Assembly: GCA_028695415.1 (NCBI GenBank)
Contig: JAQVIY010000001.1
Span: 46,784 to 110,783, forward strand
Source of the DNA: Minisyncoccota bacterium
GTDB taxonomy: Bacteria > Patescibacteriota > Minisyncoccia > Phycocordibacterales > Phycocordibacteraceae
Length of the DNA: 64,000 nt
Direction of reading: 5' to 3'
Shown: in pieces, positions 57,163-64,000 of the stretch
How the letters are laid out: each line of letters begins with the position of its first letter
How positions within the stretch are numbered: the first letter of the stretch is position 1
Notes under the pieces: model-generated
Seen by the model: the letters and a program-made list of their open reading frames with translations, nothing else
Told to the model about the DNA's origin: nothing
Database searches by the model: none
Translations under genes and position numbers: made by a program

Positions 57163-57195
57163 GCCGGCGATGTGATGATCTTCCTCCACGGCTAG
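57163..57195 (+). repeat. Direct repeat copy 2 (remnant ychF 3' end)
   Basis: Translates ...AGDVMIFLHG* in one frame. Confidence 0.7.
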
Positions 57196-57215
57196 CACGA
57201 CGACCGCAGCTGCGC

Positions 57216-57225
57216 GTGGTATAAT
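57216..57225 (+). promoter_or_regulatory. Extended -10 GTGGTATAAT flanked by GCGCG/CGCGC inverted repeats; the ATG of the next gene lies 8 nt downstream (leaderless-type arrangement)
   Basis: gcgcgtggtataatgcgcgcctATG. Confidence 0.4.
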
Positions 57226-57233
57226 GCGCGCCT

Positions 57234-58190
57234 ATGGACAAACCGAAAACAACACCGAAAGATTTCTTTATGTGGGCAGGGGCGGTGGTTGCGTTCTATT
57301 GGAGCGTCATCGCCTATATTTTCCTCGTGTTCAATTACATAGACTTCGTGTTCCCGAATGTTCTTACCTATTATCCGAGCGACCCGTACCAGAGCGGCAT
57401 CAGCTACCAGATGGCATCTATCATCGTCCTCCTCCCGCTGTACCTTCTCCTAATGAAACTTATTCGAAGAGATATCGCACGCGACCTGTCGCGTAGCGAG
57501 ATATGGGTGCGTCGCTGGGCGCTTATTTTGACCCTCTTCGTCGCGGGTGCGGCGATAGCGGGCGACCTTATCACCCTCCTCACCACCTTCTTGAGCGGCG
57601 AGGCGCTCACGGTAGCGTTCTTGCTCAAGACGCTCACTATCTTCCTCATCGCGGGCGGCGTGTTTCTGCACTTCATCAGCGATCTGCGGGGCTACTGGAC
57701 AACGTATCCTGCCCGCAAGCGCGCGGTCAGTATCGGCGTTGCGCTGCTTGCCGCAGTGACTATCATCTCGGGTTTCTTTATTGTCGGCACGCCGGCAGAG
57801 GCACGTCTCGCGCGCTTCGACACGCAGAAAGTGAATGATCTGCAGAATATCCAGTACCAGATTATCAATTACTACCAGGCGAAACAGAAATTGCCGGGAG
57901 CCATAACCGATCTCGAGAACACGCTCTCCTACGGCTCTCTACCTATTGACCCGCAGTCGGGTGACGCGTATGGATACCAACCGGGCGAGGGGCTCTCGTT
58001 CAAGCTTTGCGCGACATTCAACACGGCGAGCCGAATGAATTATGCGCAAACGTCGGCGACAGTGCCCGTCGGCATCAGGGAAAAGGGACAGGACAATTGG
58101 CAGCATGGCGCAGGACAGGTCTGTTTTGATCGTGTTGTTGACCCCGCCTTCTATCCGCCGCTCACTAAAGTGGCACAGCCTGTTCTATAG
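57234..58190 (+). CDS. Hypothetical membrane protein (4 TM N-terminus, extracytoplasmic C-terminal domain)
   Basis: 318-aa ORF. Confidence 0.5.
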   Translation: MDKPKTTPKDFFMWAGAVVAFYWSVIAYIFLVFNYIDFVFPNVLTYYPSDPYQSGISYQMASIIVLLPLYLLLMKLIRRDIARDLSRSEIWVRRWALILTLFVAGAAIAGDLITLLTTFLSGEALTVAFLLKTLTIFLIAGGVFLHFISDLRGYWTTYPARKRAVSIGVALLAAVTIISGFFIVGTPAEARLARFDTQKVNDLQNIQYQIINYYQAKQKLPGAITDLENTLSYGSLPIDPQSGDAYGYQPGEGLSFKLCATFNTASRMNYAQTSATVPVGIREKGQDNWQHGAGQVCFDRVVDPAFYPPLTKVAQPVL

Positions 58191-58223
58191 CCCGAGGACC
58201 GTCAGAACCAGTATTGGGAAATT

Positions 58224-61064
58224 ATGTCATACGACCATCGCGAGGTAGAGAAGAAGGCTCAGGAAAAGTGGTCGGAGCTTGGCTTGTATCAGACCGACCT
58301 CTCCGACACTTCGAAAGAGCCGTTCTATCTCCTCGTTGAGTTCCCGTATCCTTCGGGCGACCTTCATATCGGCCATTGGTACGCATTTGCGGTGACCGAT
58401 ATCTACGCGCGCATGCTCCGGGCGCGGGGAAAGAATGTGCTTTTCCCGATAGGGTTCGACGCGTTCGGCTTGCCTGCCGAAAATGCCGCGATAAAGAACG
58501 GGGTCAACCCGAAAGAATGGACGTATGCGAATATCGAGCGCATGCGTAAACAACTTCGGAGCATGGGGCCGTCATTTGATTGGAGCAAAGAGGTCGTTGC
58601 GTGCGACCCGAGCTACTACCAGTGGACGCAATGGCTTTTCACAAAGCTCTTCGAACACGGGCTCGCCGAGCATCGCGAGGCGGCGGTGAAGTGGTGTCCT
58701 AAGGACCAGACCGTGCTCGCTAATGAGCAGGTCGTCGACGGCTGTTGCGAGCGATGCGGCACCGCAGTCGAAGAAAAGCGTCTCACGCAGTGGTTCCTCA
58801 GAATCACTCAGTACGCCGACCGGCTCCTCAAAGGCCTTGATGCGCTCCCGTGGCGCGAAGAGATAAAGGATGCGCAGCGCGCGTGGATAGGGAAGTCAGA
58901 GGGAGCCAAACTTCAATTTCCAATTTCCAATTTCCAATTCTCAATTGAGGTGTTCACGACGCGACCCGATACGATATATGGCGCGACCTATGTCGTGCTC
59001 GCGCCCGAACATTCATTGATACAAAATAAAGAATTAGGAATTAGAAATTATGAAGAGGTTCAAGAATATATAAAGAAAACCTCAAAAAAGACAGAGCGCG
59101 AACGAAGCGAGAATAAAGAGAAGACCGGCGTGAAGCTCGAGGGTGTGAGCGCGATAAACCCGGCCACCAAAGAAGAGATACCGGTCTACATTGCCGACTA
59201 CGTGCTTAGTTCTTATGGCACGGGTGCGGTAATGGCCGTCCCCGCCCACGACGAACGCGATATGGAGTTCGCGAAGAAATTTGGTCTGCCGGTGCGGCAG
59301 GTCATCAGTCCGGTGCTTACTCAGACGACCGGCTCAGCGACATTCCACGAAAACGAACCGGCTGAGGAAAGTTTCGGCATCATCGCGCTCGTGAAGCATT
59401 GGTCGGAAGACAAATACATCGGACTCCGGTGGCCGAACGCTGGATGGGGAACGCTCCTCACGGGTGGCATCGATGATGGCCTCTCACCTAAAGAAACGGT
59501 CTTGAAGGAGATACGCGAGGAGACGGGCTATACAGACGCGCGTATCGTGCGGCAGCTCGGGGTCATTCATAGCCGATATTTTCATGAACCGAAGAAGCTG
59601 AACCGTTTCGGACATGCGCCCGCATTTCTCGTGGAGCTTGCAAGCGACGCGTCCGTACCGGTAAGCGACGCAGAGAAAGAGAAGCACGAAGTGCAGTGGC
59701 ATACCCGGGAAGAGTTGCGGAGTTTCCTGACCGCGAATTCGCACCTTGTTGCACTCGACTTGTACGAGGAGCGTGCGTATACGGGCGACGGCATTCTCGC
59801 CAACTCCGGTGAGTTTGACGGGAAGGGAAATCGCGAAGCGATGTGGGACATCGTCGCGGCTGTGGGCGGCGAGCGGACGACCCAATATCGCTTGCGCGAT
59901 TGGCTCGTCTCGCGCCAGCGCTATTGGGGCTGCCCGATACCTATCGTGTATGACCCCGAAGGCAAACCGCACACTATTCCCGCTGAACATTTGCCGTGGC
60001 TTCTGCCGACCGATGCTGATTTCACTCCAACAGGGAAATCGCCCCTCGCCTCGTCAAACGAGCTTCGCGAGCGCGTAGTAAAGCTTTTTGGCGAGGGCTG
60101 GACGCCCGAGTACGACACCCTCGATACCTTCGTGGATTCTTCGTGGTATTTCTTGCGCTATCTCGATCCGAAGGATTCGCACAACTTCTCTGACGCATCG
60201 CTTATGAAGAAGTGGCTGCCAATCAATCGTTACTCGGGCGGCAGTGAGCACACAACCATGCACGTGCTCTACGCGCGATTCTTTATGAAGGCGCTGTACG
60301 ATCTTGCGCTCGTGCCGGTAGAGGAGCCATTCACTGAACGCTTCAATCGCGGACTCATTATGGGGCCCGACGGAGCCAAGATGAGCAAGTCGAAGGGGAA
60401 TGTCGTGAACCCCGACGAATTCGTCGAGAAGTATGGCGCTGACGCCGTGCGTCTCTATCTCGCCTTTATCGGCCCCTACAACGAGCCGGGGAGCTATCCG
60501 TGGAATCTCGAGGGGGTGGCCTCGATGCGCAAGTTCTTGGACCGCGTCGAGCGTCTCGTTGAGAAACATGCGGCGGTTCAATCATCAGAAAGCGTGGCGG
60601 GCGAACCGTTATTGCGAGCGCTCGCAAAGGCAAGTCTCAAAGCAGCGGAGGACGGCGATCGGTTCAAGTTCAACACCGGCATCGCGGCGCTTATGGCGCT
60701 TATGAACGAGCTTGAATCTACCGCTAGTATCCCGGCAACGATTCTTCAGCAGTTCGTCGTTATACTCGCGCCGTTCGCACCGCATCTCGCGGAACATCTC
60801 TGGGCTCGACTCGACGGGGAGGGTAGCGTGCACGAGCAGGCATGGCCGCTCTTTGATGACAGCGTGCTCGCATCAAATACCACAGAGATTATCGTGCAGG
60901 TCAACGGTAAGCGACGCGGTTCGATTATGCTCGCCGTATCAGGTACTGAAAAAGAGGCAGTGAATGCAGCAAAAGCCGTTCCGGCAGTAGTCGCGGCACT
61001 CTGCGGGAAAGAGCCGAAACGGGTGATATATGTCGCAGGTAAGATACTGAACTTTGTGGTATAG
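58224..61064 (+). CDS. leuS: Leucyl-tRNA synthetase carrying a ~160-aa Nudix-fold insertion between the editing (CP1) domain and the KMSKS region
   Basis: HIGH motif as HIGH(W); KMSKS; editing domain. Insert AGWGTLLTGGIDDGLSPKETVLKEIREETGY resembles a Nudix box. Confidence 0.9.
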   Translation: MSYDHREVEKKAQEKWSELGLYQTDLSDTSKEPFYLLVEFPYPSGDLHIGHWYAFAVTDIYARMLRARGKNVLFPIGFDAFGLPAENAAIKNGVNPKEWTYANIERMRKQLRSMGPSFDWSKEVVACDPSYYQWTQWLFTKLFEHGLAEHREAAVKWCPKDQTVLANEQVVDGCCERCGTAVEEKRLTQWFLRITQYADRLLKGLDALPWREEIKDAQRAWIGKSEGAKLQFPISNFQFSIEVFTTRPDTIYGATYVVLAPEHSLIQNKELGIRNYEEVQEYIKKTSKKTERERSENKEKTGVKLEGVSAINPATKEEIPVYIADYVLSSYGTGAVMAVPAHDERDMEFAKKFGLPVRQVISPVLTQTTGSATFHENEPAEESFGIIALVKHWSEDKYIGLRWPNAGWGTLLTGGIDDGLSPKETVLKEIREETGYTDARIVRQLGVIHSRYFHEPKKLNRFGHAPAFLVELASDASVPVSDAEKEKHEVQWHTREELRSFLTANSHLVALDLYEERAYTGDGILANSGEFDGKGNREAMWDIVAAVGGERTTQYRLRDWLVSRQRYWGCPIPIVYDPEGKPHTIPAEHLPWLLPTDADFTPTGKSPLASSNELRERVVKLFGEGWTPEYDTLDTFVDSSWYFLRYLDPKDSHNFSDASLMKKWLPINRYSGGSEHTTMHVLYARFFMKALYDLALVPVEEPFTERFNRGLIMGPDGAKMSKSKGNVVNPDEFVEKYGADAVRLYLAFIGPYNEPGSYPWNLEGVASMRKFLDRVERLVEKHAAVQSSESVAGEPLLRALAKASLKAAEDGDRFKFNTGIAALMALMNELESTASIPATILQQFVVILAPFAPHLAEHLWARLDGEGSVHEQAWPLFDDSVLASNTTEIIVQVNGKRRGSIMLAVSGTEKEAVNAAKAVPAVVAALCGKEPKRVIYVAGKILNFVV

Positions 61065-61084
61065 TCCGAAAGTATCAGGGAGGG

Positions 61085-61113
61085 TTGACTCTTTATAAGG
61101 TATTTGCTATAAA
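61085..61113 (+). promoter_or_regulatory. Sigma70-like promoter TTGACT-17-TATAAA; the ATG of the next gene is 10 nt downstream (near-leaderless)
   Basis: ttgact ctttataaggtatttgc tataaa ttagaccacATG. Confidence 0.4.
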
Positions 61114-61122
61114 TTAGACCAC

Positions 61123-62202
61123 ATGAAAAAGGCAGTCTCGGCCGCAAAGAAAGGAAAGGCGAAATCCGCTTCAGTCGCCTCGTTTTCCTTTGACAGCGCG
61201 ACGCTCGCGAAGCGCCTCCTTGCCGCCGCTCCGGAGCGTGCCCGCGAGGTACTGACCCGCCGTTTCGGCCTCGGCACCGCCACCGAGCGCGAGACGCTCG
61301 AAGCTATCGGAGATCGCTCAAGCATCACCCGCGAGCGCGTGCGCCAGATCGAGGCCGCTGGGCTCGACGCTATCCGCGCGAGCAAGGCGTTCAAAGAGGC
61401 GACCTCGTCGTTTGAAGAGATCGCAAAATATATCCACTCGCTCGGTGCCATCGTGCCGGAGGAGACATTGCTCTCCGCACTCGGTAAGGACGAGAAGAGC
61501 CGCAACCGTTTCCGCTTCTTCCTTATGGTCAATGCTGCATTCTTCCGCGAACGCGAGACGAACGACTTCCTCGCGCGCTGGCATGTCGATCATACGACCG
61601 CGAAGCATATTCATACGGCGCTCTCGCGTCTTTACTCATCGCTTTCTGACAACGATGTCGTTACCGAAGCCGAACTGCTCGACCGATTCCTCGATGAGCT
61701 CAAAGAGGTCAACGATGCGTACAAAAACGAAGAGGTGCTGAAGCGTTGGCTCTCGCTCTCTAAGCATATCGGCAGCAACCCGCTCGCGCAGTGGGGTCGC
61801 ACGAGCGCTCCGGCAATACGCATCAAGGGCGTTCGCGATTACGCGTATCTCGCCGTGAAGCGTCACGGTGAACCGATGCACTTCTCTGATGTGGCGAAGA
61901 CTATCGGCACGCTTTTCTCTAAGAAGGCGCATGTTGCGACGACGCACAACGAGCTCATCAAGGATCCGCGCTTCGTGCTCGTCGGCCGCGGCCTCTACGC
62001 GCTTACCGAATGGGGCTACAAGCCGGGCGTTGTGCGCGACGTTATCCGCGAGACGCTCGCCGATAAGGGCCCCCTGAAGAAGGAAGAGATCATCAAGCAG
62101 GTAAAGAGCGCCCGCTTCGTCAAAGACAACACTATTCTCGTAAATTTGAACGACTCGCGCTACTTCAAGCGCCTCAAGGACGGTCGATACGCGACGGTCT
62201 AA
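61123..62202 (+). CDS. Sigma-70 region-4-like HTH domain protein (putative transcription regulator) with C-terminal winged-helix-like region
   Basis: VLTRRFGLGTATERETLEAIGDRSSITRERVRQIEAAGL resembles sigma70 r4. Confidence 0.5.
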   Translation: MKKAVSAAKKGKAKSASVASFSFDSATLAKRLLAAAPERAREVLTRRFGLGTATERETLEAIGDRSSITRERVRQIEAAGLDAIRASKAFKEATSSFEEIAKYIHSLGAIVPEETLLSALGKDEKSRNRFRFFLMVNAAFFRERETNDFLARWHVDHTTAKHIHTALSRLYSSLSDNDVVTEAELLDRFLDELKEVNDAYKNEEVLKRWLSLSKHIGSNPLAQWGRTSAPAIRIKGVRDYAYLAVKRHGEPMHFSDVAKTIGTLFSKKAHVATTHNELIKDPRFVLVGRGLYALTEWGYKPGVVRDVIRETLADKGPLKKEEIIKQVKSARFVKDNTILVNLNDSRYFKRLKDGRYATV

Positions 62203-62261
62203 TGCACAGGAAACGAATGGCGCCGTGAGGCGTCGCTTGTTTTCTTGATATACTGGAGCAC

Positions 62262-63632
62262 ATGATACCGTTTTTCGAAACGATCGTCGGCTGGCGGGAT
62301 TTCCTCAAAGACAAATACGGTATCCGACTTGAGCCGCGACCTCTTTTCATCTTGGGGCTCGTGCTGCTCTTTATGTCGTACGTCTTTATGCCGAGCGTCG
62401 TATCGCTCGCGCTCTCCCTAGCGCTTTTTCTCGCTCCGGTATGGCTACCGTTTTTACTCATTGGAGGGGCGGTAAAAGTCTGGCTCATCTGGCGCCGCGG
62501 AGAGTTCATCGCTTCACAGAAATATATCCTGCTCGAGATACGGCCGCCGCGCAATCTGGTAAAGACTCCGCTCGCGATGGAAGCATTCCTCTCGACCCTC
62601 CATCTCGGTCCTGGAGAGGGAACGTGGTATGTCCGGTGGATAAAGGGCGCTGTTCGCCCGTGGTGGTCGCTCGAGATCGCGTCGCTTGAAGGTCAAGTGC
62701 ATTTTTACATCTGGACGAAAGCCGGATTCCGCCGGATGATAGAAACACAACTCTATGCGCAGTATCCGGGAATACAGGTAGTCGAAGCACTCGACTATAC
62801 GCGCCTCATCTCGGCGACAACCGAAGACTACGGCATCTGGGGATGTGATTTCAAACATACGGCGAAGAAGCAGGATGCGTTGCCGATAAAGACGTATGTC
62901 GAATACGGACTCGATAAGGCGCAGAAAGAGCCTGAGCAGGTCGACCCGCTTGCGAACCTGATCGAGTTTATGGGCTCGGTTGGGAAGGGAGAGTATCTTT
63001 GGTTGCAGATGGTCTTCCGTATGCACAAGGGTGAGAAATACGATAAGTTGAATGCGGCTGGCAAAGCATACACCTGGGTCGACGAAGCGAAAGAGCTCGT
63101 CGACAAGATACGAAAGGAGACGCGCGAACCGTATAAGGATCCGGTAAGCGGCAAAGAGATACCTGGATTCCCCAATCCGACCAAAGGTCAGATAGAGAAG
63201 ATCGCAGCGATAGAACGCAATGTCTCGAAACAGGGTTTTGATGTCGGGATGCGCTGCATCTATCTCGCGCGCGAAGGTTATTTCAATCCGGTCGTCATCT
63301 CGCAGATGAATGCGCTTTTCAACCCGTTCAATTCAGCCGGATGGAACGGTATTGGCGCGAGCGACTGGATGCGGCACTTCGACGATTACCCCTGGGAGAT
63401 CGGTGCCGAGAAACTCAAGAATACGTATCGTCGCCTTCTCGTCGAAGCGTTCCGCCGGCGACAGTTCTTCTTTGAACCGTTCGGTTTCGGTATTTCACCG
63501 AAGGATACGATGGTGATGAGCACTGAAGAGCTCGCAACTGTGTTCCATATCCCGTCGCGTGCGGTCGAGACGCCGGGGCTCGGGCGTATCCAGTCGGCGA
63601 CGGGCGAGGCACCCCCTAATCTTCCGGTCTGA
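62262..63632 (+). CDS. Hypothetical membrane-anchored protein (2 N-terminal TM, large soluble domain)
   Basis: 456-aa ORF. Confidence 0.5.
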   Translation: MIPFFETIVGWRDFLKDKYGIRLEPRPLFILGLVLLFMSYVFMPSVVSLALSLALFLAPVWLPFLLIGGAVKVWLIWRRGEFIASQKYILLEIRPPRNLVKTPLAMEAFLSTLHLGPGEGTWYVRWIKGAVRPWWSLEIASLEGQVHFYIWTKAGFRRMIETQLYAQYPGIQVVEALDYTRLISATTEDYGIWGCDFKHTAKKQDALPIKTYVEYGLDKAQKEPEQVDPLANLIEFMGSVGKGEYLWLQMVFRMHKGEKYDKLNAAGKAYTWVDEAKELVDKIRKETREPYKDPVSGKEIPGFPNPTKGQIEKIAAIERNVSKQGFDVGMRCIYLAREGYFNPVVISQMNALFNPFNSAGWNGIGASDWMRHFDDYPWEIGAEKLKNTYRRLLVEAFRRRQFFFEPFGFGISPKDTMVMSTEELATVFHIPSRAVETPGLGRIQSATGEAPPNLPV

Positions 63633-64000
63633 TGCACGTAGATATTCCGAAACATACCGGAGCGATACCGCGTACTTTTCGCGGGTGTTTCGAACGTTCG
63701 TGGCAGCGGTGGGTGCTGGCGTTTGTGCTTGGTCTCAGTGTGGCGATCGGATACGGCATCGCGTTCTCACCGCCTGCGGATTTTCCCGTCGGGAGTATTG
63801 TGAGCATCGCACCCGGCGCATCCGCGCCGAGCGTTGCGACACAGCTCGCAACAGCGCATATCATCAAGCATCCGCGTGTCCTGCGTGCTCTCTTACGCGT
63901 TGCAGGGGCGAGCGATCGTCTGCAAGCGGGCGCGTATCTCTTCAGCACTCCAACCGACGTATTCGTCGTTGCGTATCGCCTTGTCACGGGCGATTACGGC
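63632..64000 (+). CDS. mltG: Endolytic murein transglycosylase MltG (YceG-like), 3'-partial at the window edge
   Basis: ATG overlaps the upstream stop (TGATG). N-terminal TM then ...GSIVSIAPGASAPSVATQLATAHIIKHPRVLRALLRVAGASDRLQAGAYLF typical of the YceG N-terminus. Not in the ORF track because it runs off the edge. Confidence 0.6.
   Translation, partial: MHVDIPKHTGAIPRTFRGCFERSWQRWVLAFVLGLSVAIGYGIAFSPPADFPVGSIVSIAPGASAPSVATQLATAHIIKHPRVLRALLRVAGASDRLQAGAYLFSTPTDVFVVAYRLVTGDYG

Noticed and set aside
1-64000. CRISPR arrays and rRNA genes
   Set aside because: No regularly spaced 25-40 bp repeats, and no 16S/23S/5S-like conserved segments, were seen anywhere in the window.

Overview
This 64 kb window looks like a GC-rich (~58-60%) bacterial chromosome with dense, short genes, apparently standard code 11 because long housekeeping ORFs are intact. 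That is consistent with a reduced-genome (CPR/Patescibacteria-like) organism, though I cannot confirm the taxon from sequence alone. Housekeeping genes present: miaA, peroxiredoxin, parB, rel/spoT, topA, dprA, serS, ftsQ-like, dus, dnaX, tgt, uvrB, uvrA, uvrC, ddl, ychF, leuS, the start of mltG, and several small membrane proteins. The window also carries unusually many footprints of site-specific insertion. (1) The left ~7.4 kb is an integrative element: an AT-rich segment (1..3300), then a fused primase-helicase, then a large serine recombinase abutting an antisense tRNA-Trp. With its TerS-like gene it resembles a PICI/phage-satellite-like island. (2) Five tRNAs (Leu, Ala-UGC, Val, Pro-GGG, Ala-CGC) are each followed by a 60-190 nt insert and a direct repeat of the tRNA 3' end; three inserts share a conserved GCCGGAG...CGAGGCGGGGYCG motif. 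(3) Three protein genes (dus, uvrB, ychF) have their 3' ends duplicated 0.7-0.9 kb downstream, and each pair flanks one or two small cargo genes with no recombinase. (4) There are two further AT-rich islets: a PIN-domain gene pair next to tRNA-Gln, and an HTH plus Vsr/DUF559-like endonuclease between two tRNA-Pro genes. Other oddities: a Nudix-fold insertion inside LeuRS, a 60-bp tandem duplication inside dus, a 21-bp x6 repeat in a DUF1003 gene, and operator-like palindromes. I found no rRNA and no CRISPR array.
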